This document shows positions 1 through 9,149 of a DNA stretch of 64,000 nucleotides, in pieces. The notes beneath the pieces were generated by a model that had not been told where the DNA came from, did not search any database, and saw only the letters and a program-made list of their open reading frames with translations. Source of the DNA: Escherichia coli. GTDB taxonomy: Bacteria > Pseudomonadota > Gammaproteobacteria > Enterobacterales > Enterobacteriaceae. Numbering within the stretch: position 1 is the first letter of the stretch; every line of letters begins with the position of its first letter. Location: the NCBI RefSeq assembly GCF_030013595.1, contig NZ_CP122768.1. One strand, 5' to 3'. A program made the translations under genes and the position numbers.

Positions 1-982
1 TACGCCGCCGCCGAAAATGGGGACGACGTCTACAGCTCAGCAACCGCAAATTCAGCCGGTACAGCAGCCACAAATTCAGGCAACTCAACAACCGCAAATC
101 CAGCCGGTGCAGCCAGTAGCTCAGCAGCCGGTACAGATGGAAAACGGACGCATCGTCTACAACCGTCAGTATGGGAACATTCCGAAAGGCAGTTATAGCG
201 GCAGTACCTATACCGTGAAAAAAGGCGACACACTTTTCTATATCGCCTGGATTACTGGCAACGATTTCCGTGACCTTGCTCAGCGCAACAATATTCAGGC
301 ACCATACGCGCTGAACGTCGGTCAGACCTTACAGGTGGGTAATGCTTCCGGTACGCCAATCACTGGCGGAAATGCCATTACCCAGGCCGATGCAGCAGAG
401 CAAGGAGTTGTGATCAAGCCTGCACAAAATTCCACCGTTGCTGTTGCTTCGCAACCGACAATTACGTATTCTGAGTCTTCGGGTGAACAGAGTGCTAACA
501 AAATGTTGCCGAACAACAAGCCAACTGCGACCACGGTCACAGCGCCTGTAACGGTACCAACAGCAAGCACAACCGAGCCGACTGTCAGCAGTACATCAAC
601 CAGTACGCCTATCTCCACCTGGCGCTGGCCGACTGAGGGCAAAGTGATCGAAACCTTTGGCGCTTCTGAGGGGGGCAACAAGGGGATTGATATCGCAGGC
701 AGCAAAGGACAGGCAATTATCGCGACCGCAGATGGCCGCGTTGTTTATGCCGGTAACGCACTGCGCGGCTACGGTAATCTGATTATCATCAAACATAATG
801 ATGATTACCTGAGTGCCTACGCCCATAACGACACAATGCTGGTCCGGGAACAACAAGAAGTGAAGGCGGGGCAAAAAATAGCAACCATGGGTAGCACCGG
901 AACCAGTTCAACACGCTTGCATTTTGAAATTCGTTACAAGGGGAAATCCGTAAACCCGCTGCGTTATTTGCCGCAGCGATAA
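1..982 (+). CDS. nlpD: NlpD murein hydrolase activator lipoprotein, 5' end truncated by the window edge (LysM-like segment and C-terminal M23/LytM-like domain)
   Basis: Open frame runs from the window edge to TAA at 980-982; translation ...[18 protein letters not shown]... matches NlpD as I recall it; the ATG at 17 in the ORF track is internal. Confidence 0.93.
   Translation, partial: TPPPKMGTTSTAQQPQIQPVQQPQIQATQQPQIQPVQPVAQQPVQMENGRIVYNRQYGNIPKGSYSGSTYTVKKGDTLFYIAWITGNDFRDLAQRNNIQAPYALNVGQTLQVGNASGTPITGGNAITQADAAEQGVVIKPAQNSTVAVASQPTITYSESSGEQSANKMLPNNKPTATTVTAPVTVPTASTTEPTVSSTSTSTPISTWRWPTEGKVIETFGASEGGNKGIDIAGSKGQAIIATADGRVVYAGNALRGYGNLIIIKHNDDYLSAYAHNDTMLVREQQEVKAGQKIATMGSTGTSSTRLHFEIRYKGKSVNPLRYLPQR
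20..140 (+). repeat. Imperfect tandem ~21-24 bp repeats encoding a Gln/Pro-rich linker (QQPQIQP units) inside nlpD
   Basis: Direct reading: repeated cag-caa/cca-ccg-caa-att-cag-ccg-gt units giving [25 protein letters not shown]. Confidence 0.45.
444..472 (+). promoter_or_regulatory. Candidate main rpoS promoter inside nlpD (-35 ttgctt 444-449, 17-bp spacer, -10 tattct 467-472)
   Basis: Hexamers with 17-bp spacing; predicted start ~479 gives a ~566-nt leader to the rpoS ATG at 1045, matching the known long rpoS 5' UTR (from memory). Confidence 0.55.
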
Positions 983-1044
983 ATCGGCGGAACCAGGCTT
1001 TTGCTTGAATGTTCCGTCAAGGGATCACGGGTAGGAGCCACCTT

Positions 1045-2037
1045 ATGAGTCAGAATACGCTGAAAGTTCATGATTTAAATGAAGATGCGGAATTTGATGA
1101 GAACGGAGTTGAGGTTTTTGACGAAAAGGCCTTAGTAGAAGAGGAACCCAGTGATAACGATTTGGCCGAAGAGGAACTGTTATCGCAGGGAGCCACACAG
1201 CGTGTGTTGGACGCGACTCAGCTTTACCTTGGTGAGATTGGTTATTCACCACTGTTAACGGCCGAAGAAGAAGTTTATTTTGCGCGTCGCGCACTGCGTG
1301 GAGATGTTGCCTCCCGCCGCCGGATGATCGAGAGTAACTTGCGTCTGGTGGTAAAAATTGCCCGCCGTTATGGCAATCGTGGTCTGGCGTTGCTGGACCT
1401 GATCGAAGAGGGCAACCTGGGGCTGATCCGCGCGGTAGAGAAGTTTGACCCGGAACGTGGTTTCCGCTTCTCAACATACGCAACCTGGTGGATTCGCCAG
1501 ACGATTGAACGGGCGATTATGAACCAAACCCGTACTATTCGTTTGCCTATTCACATCGTAAAGGAGCTGAACGTTTACCTGCGAACCGCACGCGAGTTGT
1601 CCCATAAACTGGACCACGAACCAAGTGCGGAAGAGATCGCAGAGCAACTGGATAAGCCAGTTGATGACGTCAGCCGTATGCTTCGTCTTAACGAGCGCAT
1701 TACCTCGGTAGACACCCCGCTGGGTGGTGATTCCGAAAAAGCGTTGCTGGACATCCTGGCCGATGAAAAAGAGAACGGTCCGGAAGATACCACGCAAGAT
1801 GACGATATGAAGCAGAGCATCGTCAAATGGCTGTTCGAGCTGAACGCCAAACAGCGTGAAGTACTGGCACGTCGATTCGGTTTGCTGGGGTACGAAGCGG
1901 CAACACTGGAAGATGTAGGTCGTGAAATTGGCCTCACCCGTGAACGTGTTCGCCAGATTCAGGTTGAAGGCCTGCGCCGTTTGCGCGAAATCCTGCAAAC
2001 GCAGGGGCTGAATATCGAAGCGCTGTTCCGCGAGTAA
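1045..2037 (+). CDS. rpoS: RNA polymerase sigma factor RpoS (sigma-S/sigma-38), 330 aa
   Basis: Translation [34 protein letters not shown]... with sigma-70 family regions; the track ORF from 1009 is a 5' over-extension; codon 33 is GAG. Confidence 0.96.
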   Translation: MSQNTLKVHDLNEDAEFDENGVEVFDEKALVEEEPSDNDLAEEELLSQGATQRVLDATQLYLGEIGYSPLLTAEEEVYFARRALRGDVASRRRMIESNLRLVVKIARRYGNRGLALLDLIEEGNLGLIRAVEKFDPERGFRFSTYATWWIRQTIERAIMNQTRTIRLPIHIVKELNVYLRTARELSHKLDHEPSAEEIAEQLDKPVDDVSRMLRLNERITSVDTPLGGDSEKALLDILADEKENGPEDTTQDDDMKQSIVKWLFELNAKQREVLARRFGLLGYEAATLEDVGREIGLTRERVRQIQVEGLRRLREILQTQGLNIEALFRE

Positions 2038-2054
2038 GTAAGCATCTGTCAGAA

Positions 2055-2089
2055 AGGCCAGTCTCAAGCGAGGCTGGCCTTTTTCTTTT
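2055..2089 (+). terminator. Intrinsic terminator downstream of rpoS
   Basis: Stem aggccag(2055-2061)/ctggcct(2074-2080) followed by tttttctttt. Confidence 0.7.
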
Positions 2090-2157
2090 GGTTGGGAAGT
2101 CGGTGTGTTTTGTCGCCTGGATAAGACTCGTCAGCGTCCTACCCGGCAATCAGCATC

Positions 2158-2565
2158 CTATTTGCTCATCATCTTGCGCACCAACTGCATAAACAGCTCC
2201 TTCTCTTCTGCACTCAAACGCCCCAAAAATTCCTCATCCACACTGTCACCAATGGGGATCGCCGCAGCAAGTACCTTTTCTCCTTCGGCAGTCAGCCAGA
2301 CAAAGCGACGCCGCTTGTCAGCGGCGTCATGTTCACGTCTGACTAAGCCACGATTTTCCATTCTTGCCAACATTTCTGCCAGCGTTGCTTTGGTGCTGAC
2401 TGCTGCTTCTATCAGTGCCACCTGTTCGATACCAGGCTTATCAGCAATGGCGCGCATCACCGCGTACTGTGGTTTGGTGAGGTCAGGTAACTCGTGCTGC
2501 CAGCGAGCCGTGTGCTGCTGAAAAAGCTGTCGTAACTGATGGAACGCTTTATTTCGTAACGCCAT
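2158..2565 (-). CDS. MarR-family winged-helix transcriptional regulator, divergent from the decarboxylase operon
   Basis: Translation MALRNKAFHQLRQLF...DKRRRFVWLTAEGEKV has a MarR-type wHTH; start chosen at ATG 2565 because of GGAG Shine-Dalgarno 6 nt upstream; the track start at 2598 lacks one. Confidence 0.8.
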   Translation of the reverse strand: MALRNKAFHQLRQLFQQHTARWQHELPDLTKPQYAVMRAIADKPGIEQVALIEAAVSTKATLAEMLARMENRGLVRREHDAADKRRRFVWLTAEGEKVLAAAIPIGDSVDEEFLGRLSAEEKELFMQLVRKMMSK

Positions 2566-2680
2566 GTAAACTCCGGGCAAACTATCTGCCGCTATCATAG
2601 CGGTTTTTCAGTGACGAAGAAGATGTTGTTACTTTTCAGTGCTTGCCGCGATGAAAACAGAGGCGTATTTTAATAATGAC

Positions 2681-2694
2681 GTTCGTATACGAAC
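2681..2694. promoter_or_regulatory. Perfect 14-bp palindrome gttcgtatacgaac, candidate operator for the adjacent MarR-type regulator
   Basis: Exact inverted repeat 18 bp upstream of the ATG at 2712, inside the divergent promoter region. Confidence 0.45.
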
Positions 2695-2711
2695 AATTAA
2701 GAGAATAAACA

Positions 2712-3305
2712 ATGAGACTGATCGTCGGGATGACAGGGGCTACCGGTGCGCCTCTTGGGGTGGCATTACTGCAAGCGCTGCGGGAGATGCCGAATGTCGA
2801 GACTCATCTGGTGATGTCGAAGTGGGCGAAAACCACTATTGAACTGGAAACGCCTTACAGCGCTCGCGATGTTGCCGCCCTCGCAGACTTCAACCATAAC
2901 CCGGCGGATCAGGCGGCGACTATCTCTTCCGGCTCCTTTCGTACCGACGGCATGATCGTTATTCCATGCAGTATGAAAACGCTCGCCGGTATCCGCGCTG
3001 GTTACGCCGATGGTCTCGTGGGGCGCGCGGCGGACGTCGTGCTCAAAGAAGGCCGCAAACTGGTGCTGGTGCCGCGTGAAATGCCGCTTAGCACAATCCA
3101 TCTCGAAAATATGCTCGCACTTTCGCGCATGGGCGTGGCGATGGTGCCGCCGATGCCTGCCTTTTATAACCATCCCGAAACGGTAGATGACATTGTCCAC
3201 CACGTGGTAGCCCGCGTGCTGGATCAATTTGGCCTCGAACATCCTCACGCCAGGCGCTGGCAAGGATTGCCGCAGGCCCGGAATTTTTCTCAGGAGAATG
3301 AATAA
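2712..3305 (+). CDS. ecdB: UbiX/Pad1-family flavin prenyltransferase, subunit B of a hydroxyarylic acid (phenolic acid) decarboxylase
   Basis: Translation MRLIVGMTGATGAPLGVALLQAL... typical of UbiX-like proteins; first gene of a B-C-D operon; symbol by analogy to ecdBCD/kpdBCD naming, as recalled. Confidence 0.85.
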   Translation: MRLIVGMTGATGAPLGVALLQALREMPNVETHLVMSKWAKTTIELETPYSARDVAALADFNHNPADQAATISSGSFRTDGMIVIPCSMKTLAGIRAGYADGLVGRAADVVLKEGRKLVLVPREMPLSTIHLENMLALSRMGVAMVPPMPAFYNHPETVDDIVHHVVARVLDQFGLEHPHARRWQGLPQARNFSQENE

Positions 3306-4732
3306 TGGCATTTGATGATTTACGCAGCTTTTTACAGGCGCTTGATGACCACGGCCAGTTACTGAAAATCAGCGAAGAGGTGAACGCGGAACCGGATCTG
3401 GCAGCCGCTGCCAACGCCACCGGACGTATCGGCGATGGTGCACCGGCGCTGTGGTTTGACAATATTCGCGGCTTTATCGATGCCCGCGTGGCAATGAATA
3501 CCATCGGTTCCTGGCAGAACCACGCGATTTCCCTCGGCCTGCCGCCAAACACCCCGGTTAAAAAGCAGATTGATGAGTTTATCCGCCGCTGGGATAACTT
3601 CCCCATTACCCCGGAGCGCCGCGCCAATCCAGCCTGGGCGCAGAACACCGTCGATGGCGACGAGATCAACCTGTTCGATATTCTGCCGCTGTTTCGTTTA
3701 AACGACGGTGATGGCGGTTTCTATCTCGATAAAGCGTGCGTGGTTTCCCGCGATCCGCTCGACCCGGATAACTTCGGCAAGCAGAACGTCGGCATCTACC
3801 GCATGGAAGTGAAGGGCAAACGTAAGCTCGGCCTGCAACCGGTGCCGATGCACGATATCGCTCTGCATCTGCATAAAGCGGAAGAACGCGGTGAAGATCT
3901 GCCGATTGCCATCACCCTGGGTAACGATCCGATCATCACCCTGATGGGCGCCACGCCGCTGAAATACGATCAGTCTGAGTACGAAATGGCGGGCGCGCTG
4001 CGCGAAAGCCCGTACCCGATCGCCACCGCCCCGCTGACCGGTTTTGATGTGCCGTGGGGCTCGGAAGTGATCCTCGAAGGGGTTATCGAAAGTCGTAAAC
4101 GTGAGATTGAAGGGCCGTTCGGTGAGTTTACCGGTCACTACTCCGGCGGGCGTAACATGACCGTGGTGCGTATCGATAAAGTCTCTTACCGTACCAAACC
4201 GATTTTCGAATCGCTCTATCTTGGTATGCCGTGGACCGAAATCGACTACCTGATGGGGCCTGCCACCTGCGTGCCGCTGTATCAGCAACTGAAAGCCGAG
4301 TTCCCGGAAGTGCAGGCGGTAAACGCCATGTACACCCACGGCCTGTTGGCGATTATCTCCACCAAAAAACGCTACGGCGGCTTTGCCCGCGCGGTGGGCC
4401 TGCGTGCAATGACCACGCCGCACGGTCTGGGCTACGTGAAGATGGTGATTATGGTCGATGAAGACGTTGATCCGTTCAACCTGCCGCAGGTGATGTGGGC
4501 GCTCTCCTCGAAAGTGAACCCGGCAGGCGACCTGGTGCAGTTGCCAAATATGTCCGTGCTGGAACTCGACCCTGGCTCAAGCCCGGCGGGGATCACCGAC
4601 AAGCTGATTATCGACGCCACCACGCCTGTCGCCCCGGACAACCGTGGTCACTACAGCCAGCCGGTGGTGGATTTACCGGAAACCAAAGCCTGGGCTGAAA
4701 AACTGACTGCTATGCTGGCCGCACGTAAATAA
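3305..4732 (+). CDS. ecdC: UbiD-family decarboxylase, catalytic subunit C of a hydroxyarylic acid decarboxylase
   Basis: 475-aa ORF with UbiD-like sequence; start overlaps the upstream stop (ATAATGG), indicating translational coupling. Confidence 0.85.
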   Translation: MAFDDLRSFLQALDDHGQLLKISEEVNAEPDLAAAANATGRIGDGAPALWFDNIRGFIDARVAMNTIGSWQNHAISLGLPPNTPVKKQIDEFIRRWDNFPITPERRANPAWAQNTVDGDEINLFDILPLFRLNDGDGGFYLDKACVVSRDPLDPDNFGKQNVGIYRMEVKGKRKLGLQPVPMHDIALHLHKAEERGEDLPIAITLGNDPIITLMGATPLKYDQSEYEMAGALRESPYPIATAPLTGFDVPWGSEVILEGVIESRKREIEGPFGEFTGHYSGGRNMTVVRIDKVSYRTKPIFESLYLGMPWTEIDYLMGPATCVPLYQQLKAEFPEVQAVNAMYTHGLLAIISTKKRYGGFARAVGLRAMTTPHGLGYVKMVIMVDEDVDPFNLPQVMWALSSKVNPAGDLVQLPNMSVLELDPGSSPAGITDKLIIDATTPVAPDNRGHYSQPVVDLPETKAWAEKLTAMLAARK

Positions 4733-4742
4733 GGAGAACAAG

Positions 4743-4979
4743 ATGATTTGTCCACGTTGTGCCGATGAACAGATTGAAGTGATGGCGAAATCGCCGGTGA
4801 AAGATGTCTGGACGGTCTACCAGTGCCAGCATTGCCTTTATACCTGGCGCGATACCGAACCGCTACGCCGCACTAGCCGCGAACATTATCCCGAAGCGTT
4901 CCGCATGACGCAGAAAGATATTGATGACGCGCCGATGGTGCCGAGCATCCCGCCGCTGCTGGCGGAAGGTAAGCGCTAA
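4743..4979 (+). CDS. ecdD: Small subunit D of the hydroxyarylic acid decarboxylase (Cys-rich, 78 aa)
   Basis: MICPRCADEQ...CQHC motif; position and size match the small D subunit of B-C-D operons; AAGGAG Shine-Dalgarno upstream. Confidence 0.75.
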   Translation: MICPRCADEQIEVMAKSPVKDVWTVYQCQHCLYTWRDTEPLRRTSREHYPEAFRMTQKDIDDAPMVPSIPPLLAEGKR

Positions 4980-4981
4980 AT

Positions 4982-5010
4982 AAAAGGTCCGATGCCCATC
5001 GGACCTTTTT
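4982..5010. terminator. Bidirectional intrinsic terminator between the convergent ecdD and ygbN
   Basis: aaaa + stem ggtccgatg/catcggacc (4986-5005) + ttttt. Confidence 0.7.
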
Positions 5011-5017
5011 ATTAAGG

Positions 5018-6382
5018 TCAAATTACCGCCCATACGCACCAGGTAATTAAGAATCCGGTAAAACCGAGAATGGTCGTTAACACTGTCCAGGTTTTCAGAC
5101 CGTCTGCTACCGACAACCCCAGATATTTGGTCACAATCCAGAACCCTGAGTCATTAATATGTGACGCGCCAAGCCCACCAAAGCAGGCTGCCAGCGTCAC
5201 CAATACGCACTGAATCGGATTCAATCCCATCACCGCTTCTGAGAGTAACCCGCCGGTTGTCAGGATTGCTACGGTTGCTGACCCCTGCGATGCACGCAGC
5301 GCCAGTGAAATAATAAATGCGGCTGGTAACAGAGGCAGGTCAATCATTTGTAGCATGTTGGCAAGGGCTTTGCCGACGCCCGATTCCACCAGCACTTTGC
5401 CAAATACCCCTCCAGCACCAGTAACCAAAATCACTACCGCCGCAGTGGGAAGGGCTGAGCCCATAATGTCGCTGGTGTGTTGTAAGCTCCAGCCGCGACG
5501 TAAAGCCAATAACCAGAATGCCAGTACCAGCGCAATCATTAGAGCTACCATTGGTGAGCCGATCAGCTGTAGCGTACCAAGCAGGGGATGCGAAGGCGGC
5601 ATCAGTGTTGCGGAAACCGTACCCGCCATGATAATCGCGATAGGAATAACAATTAGCGAGGTGACCAGCGCGACGCCCGGTGGATTTATTTTATCGCTTA
5701 ATTTTGTCGCGCCTTCCTCACTGGCCGGAGCCAGTTGCATCTGTTCCAGTACTTCCACCGACATCGCATATTGGCGCTTATTGATTATTTTCGCTGCAAA
5801 GTAGCCAACAATCCCTACTGGAATAGAAATCGCAATACCGATGATGGTTAGCCAGCCGATGTCTGCGTGGAGTAACCCCGCTGCGGCGACAGGGCCTGGA
5901 TGCGGCGGTACCGCCACATGAACAGTTAGCATGATTCCAGCGACAGGCAGGCCAAATTTGAGTGGCGATATTTTGGCAACCTTGGCAAAACCGTAAATGA
6001 TTGGCGCAAGAATAATAAAGCCGACATCAAAGAAGACGGGAATACCGAGGAAGAACGCTGCCAGAGTCAGCGCAGCGATAGTTCGTTTGTCACCTAACTT
6101 GCGACTGAAATAATTAGCCAGTGACTCTGCACCACCAGAGTGTTCGATCATACGCCCCAGCATAGCGCCCAGACCAATAATAATAGTGACGGAACCAAGC
6201 ACACCGCCCATCCCGGCGATCATCACTTTACCCACTTCGCCCGCCGGTATACCCGCCGCAAGTGCGACTAACAGGCTGACGAGGAGCAGAGCAACGAATG
6301 GTTGTACCTTTGCCTTGATGACCAGCAGCAACAGCATGATTACGCCAGTTAACGCAATGCATAACAATGTAATTGTGGACAT
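5018..6382 (-). CDS. ygbN: GntP-family permease (putative acid-sugar transporter)
   Basis: 454-aa polytopic membrane protein MSTITLLCIALTGVIMLLLLVIKAK...; order ygbJ-K-L-M-N conserved. Confidence 0.9.
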   Translation of the reverse strand: MSTITLLCIALTGVIMLLLLVIKAKVQPFVALLLVSLLVALAAGIPAGEVGKVMIAGMGGVLGSVTIIIGLGAMLGRMIEHSGGAESLANYFSRKLGDKRTIAALTLAAFFLGIPVFFDVGFIILAPIIYGFAKVAKISPLKFGLPVAGIMLTVHVAVPPHPGPVAAAGLLHADIGWLTIIGIAISIPVGIVGYFAAKIINKRQYAMSVEVLEQMQLAPASEEGATKLSDKINPPGVALVTSLIVIPIAIIMAGTVSATLMPPSHPLLGTLQLIGSPMVALMIALVLAFWLLALRRGWSLQHTSDIMGSALPTAAVVILVTGAGGVFGKVLVESGVGKALANMLQMIDLPLLPAAFIISLALRASQGSATVAILTTGGLLSEAVMGLNPIQCVLVTLAACFGGLGASHINDSGFWIVTKYLGLSVADGLKTWTVLTTILGFTGFLITWCVWAVI

Positions 6383-6470
6383 GGGAAACCCTGTCTGAAA
6401 GTTATAGTTAACCTACCCCATCCGTAGATGGGGGGATGTATGGGTACGTTGTAATTAGGGATTTAACGAA

Positions 6471-7247
6471 TTAGCGCCAGGCGTCAAACCAGCCAAGCCC
6501 TTCTTCGGTGAGGCCACGAGGTTTATATTCACAACCGATCCAGCCCTGATATCCCACCTCATCGAACAGGCGGAACAGCCACGGATAGTTGATTTCTCCA
6601 TCGTCCGGTTCATGTCGATCAGGTAGTCCGGCAATTTGTACGTGCGCATATTTCCCGGCGTAGTCGCGGATTAAATGCGTCAGGTTGCCATCTACTTTTT
6701 GCGCATGAAAAGTATCTAGTTGAATAAACACGTTATCTCGCGCAACTTCTTCAACAATAGCCAGTGCCTGATACTGGCTGGAGAAGAGATAATGAGGCTT
6801 AACGCCGGGGCTGAGTGCTTCAACTAATATTCGCTTGCCGTGTGGCGCAAAGCGGTCGGCAGCGTAGCGGAGGTTATCGATAAATACTGCCCTGTACCGT
6901 TCAGCATCTTCGCCAGCGGGCACGACGCCTGCCATCACATGGACTTGTTCACAATTGAGCGCCAATGCATATTCCAGTGCCAGGTCGATGTCTGCGTGTG
7001 CTTCGTGCTCACGTCCGGGAAGGGCGGATAATCCCCATTCCCCCGCATTAATATCTCCGGGAGCGGTATTGAACAGCGCCAGTGTCAGATGGTTTTGCTC
7101 CAGTTGCTTTTGGATTTGCAGGGTGGAGTAGTCATAGGGAAACAGAAATTCCACAGCATCGAACCCGGCTTTTCGCGCTGCGGCGAAGCGTTCAATAAAA
7201 GGCACTTCGGTGAACATCATGGATAAATTAGCTGCAAAACGAGGCAT
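6471..7247 (-). CDS. ygbM: Hydroxypyruvate-isomerase-like TIM-barrel enzyme (2-oxo-tetronate isomerase OtnI)
   Basis: 258-aa [24 protein letters not shown]...; xylose-isomerase-like fold family. Confidence 0.88.
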   Translation of the reverse strand: MPRFAANLSMMFTEVPFIERFAAARKAGFDAVEFLFPYDYSTLQIQKQLEQNHLTLALFNTAPGDINAGEWGLSALPGREHEAHADIDLALEYALALNCEQVHVMAGVVPAGEDAERYRAVFIDNLRYAADRFAPHGKRILVEALSPGVKPHYLFSSQYQALAIVEEVARDNVFIQLDTFHAQKVDGNLTHLIRDYAGKYAHVQIAGLPDRHEPDDGEINYPWLFRLFDEVGYQGWIGCEYKPRGLTEEGLGWFDAWR

Positions 7248-7251
7248 TGCA

Positions 7252-7890
7252 TTAACTCCTTAATTCCGCAATTTCACCTGCGGTCAGATAACGGATCGGG
7301 CGATCACCGAGAATAAAAATCAGCTTTGCCGTTTCCTCCAGCTCTTCCATATTGTTGGCGGCTTCTTGCAGGCTTTCACCGCAAACCACTGGGCCATGAT
7401 TTGCCAGTAAAAAAGCCTGATTGTCTGCTGCCAGTTCCGCCAGATCCTGTGCGATGCGTTTATCGCCCGGTCGGTAATAAGGCACCAGCGGGATATTTCC
7501 CATCCGCATCACCACGTATGGTGTGAACGGACGAATAACGTTGCTGCTGTCCAGCCCTTGCAGGCAGGAAAGCGCCGTCGACCATGTGCTGTGCAAATGC
7601 ACCACCGCTTTACAGCGCGGATTGTTGCGATACAGCGCCAGATGAAAGAGCACCTCTTTCGAGGGTTTGTCACCACTTAACCATTCGCCATCCGCGGCGA
7701 CTTTGGAAAGCCGCTGCGGATCGAGATTGCCCAGGCATGAACCTGTCGGTGTCGCCAGTAAATTCCCGTCAGGTAAAAGCAGCGACAGATTGCCAGCCGA
7801 ACCGGTTGCATAGCCGCGCTGAAAGAATGAACTGGCAATCCGCGTCATCTCCTCTCGCAAAGACTGCTCTACTTTTGCGAAATCGCTCAT
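7252..7890 (-). CDS. ygbL: Class II aldolase/adducin-family enzyme (3-oxo-tetronate 4-phosphate decarboxylase OtnC)
   Basis: 212-aa ORF; immediately upstream of ygbM in the same operon. Confidence 0.88.
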   Translation of the reverse strand: MSDFAKVEQSLREEMTRIASSFFQRGYATGSAGNLSLLLPDGNLLATPTGSCLGNLDPQRLSKVAADGEWLSGDKPSKEVLFHLALYRNNPRCKAVVHLHSTWSTALSCLQGLDSSNVIRPFTPYVVMRMGNIPLVPYYRPGDKRIAQDLAELAADNQAFLLANHGPVVCGESLQEAANNMEELEETAKLIFILGDRPIRYLTAGEIAELRS

Positions 7891-9149
7891 GATAAAAACT
7901 CTCTTTGGGCTCGTGAAAAAAAGGCGTCATCACCGAAGTTGCCAGATTTAAGGGCGAGTGAGACAGGCTTATCCAGTGCGTTTACCCACGGCACGCCGGG
8001 GGAAATGGTTGGGCCAATATGAAACCCTTTTATTCCCAGGCTCTGTGTGACTACGCCGGAGGTCTCACCGCCTGCGACAATAAAGCGTGTTACGCCTTCC
8101 GCGGCTAACCGCGTCGCTAGTTGAGAAAACAGTGTTTCTACTGCCTGACTGGCTTTTTGTGCACCGTATTGCTGTTGAATTGCTGCCAATGCGTCAGTGC
8201 TGGCGGTGGCAAAAACCAGTGGAGCAAGTACACTTTCCTGGCCCAGAACCCACTCTGCCAGTTCGTGTGCATAAGCGGCCAGAGTTTCAATTGAGAGGCA
8301 GCGTGCCACATCAACTTCACGGGCTGGTGCAATTTGACGGTAATGTGCTACCTGGCGGTTGGTCATTTGAGAGCATGAACCGGAGAGCACTACGCCGCGC
8401 CCAGCGAGCGGATGCCCTGCTTTGCGAGCCTGGTTACCGTTTTCTTGCGCCCACTGCCGGGCAAGGCCAATCGCCAGACCAGAACCGCCCGTTACCAGTG
8501 GGGCATCGCGCAAGGCTTCTCCCTGAATTTCCAGATGGTGTTCGGTCAGCGCATCAAGCACCGCGTAGCGGTAGCCCTCTTGCTGTAAGCGAGCCAGCTC
8601 TTGACGAACGGCATCCACACCTTGTTCGAAAACATGTGCCGAAACGACGCCGCAGCGCCCTGTGGATTGCGCTTCAACCAGACGGGGAAGATAGCTGTCG
8701 GTCATGGGATTTACCGGGTGATGGCGCATCCCGGATTCGGCCAGCAGTTGATTCATTACGAACAAATACCCCTGATAAACCGTACGTCCGTTGACCGGCA
8801 GGGCCGGAGAGAAGACCGTAAACGGCGTGTCGAGAGCATCCATTAATGCATCGGTAACCGGGCCGATATTACCTTTCGCCGTACTGTCGAAAGTAGAGCA
8901 GTATTTGAAATAGATCTGTTTGCAACCTTGCTGTTGCAACCAGCTCAGAGCCGCCAGCGATTGCTGTGTGGCTTCAACCACCGGACAGGAACGCGTTTTC
9001 AGGCTGATCACCAGTGCGTCGATTGCTTCCGGCATTTTACTTGTTGGAACACCGTTAATTTGTACCGTTGGTAGACCGTTTTCCACCAGAAAACTGGCGA
9101 TATCCGTCGCGCCGGTAAAATCATCGGCGATAACGCCAATCTTGATCAT
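7887..9149 (-). CDS. ygbK: Four-carbon acid sugar kinase (3-oxo-tetronate kinase OtnK)
   Basis: 420-aa ORF beginning MIKIGVIADDFTGATD (nucleotide-binding N-terminus typical of the family); 4-bp overlap with ygbL. Confidence 0.85.
   Translation of the reverse strand: MIKIGVIADDFTGATDIASFLVENGLPTVQINGVPTSKMPEAIDALVISLKTRSCPVVEATQQSLAALSWLQQQGCKQIYFKYCSTFDSTAKGNIGPVTDALMDALDTPFTVFSPALPVNGRTVYQGYLFVMNQLLAESGMRHHPVNPMTDSYLPRLVEAQSTGRCGVVSAHVFEQGVDAVRQELARLQQEGYRYAVLDALTEHHLEIQGEALRDAPLVTGGSGLAIGLARQWAQENGNQARKAGHPLAGRGVVLSGSCSQMTNRQVAHYRQIAPAREVDVARCLSIETLAAYAHELAEWVLGQESVLAPLVFATASTDALAAIQQQYGAQKASQAVETLFSQLATRLAAEGVTRFIVAGGETSGVVTQSLGIKGFHIGPTISPGVPWVNALDKPVSLALKSGNFGDDAFFSRAQREFLS

Noticed and set aside
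1009-1044. Upstream in-frame start codons giving N-terminal extensions (rpoS 1009; also recA 49712, fhlA 17648, hypF 36060, mltB 47815, hycE 25458, ascB 32579, emrB 61295, emrA 62487)
   Set aside because: The extended N-termini do not match the conserved protein starts I recognise, and the internal starts have better Shine-Dalgarno context; the first-ATG-in-frame calls are artefacts of the ORF finder.
1471-2067. 198-aa ORF on the reverse strand inside rpoS
   Set aside because: Antisense shadow ORF fully overlapping a well-supported gene; no ribosome-binding site and no recognisable protein features.
2566-2598. Alternative start of the MarR-type regulator at 2598 (146 aa)
   Set aside because: No Shine-Dalgarno sequence upstream, whereas ATG 2565 has GGAG at optimal spacing; kept as a lower-probability alternative.
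3698-4423. 241-aa reverse-strand ORF inside the UbiD-like gene
   Set aside because: Antisense shadow ORF; Arg/His-rich composition typical of GC-rich antisense frames.
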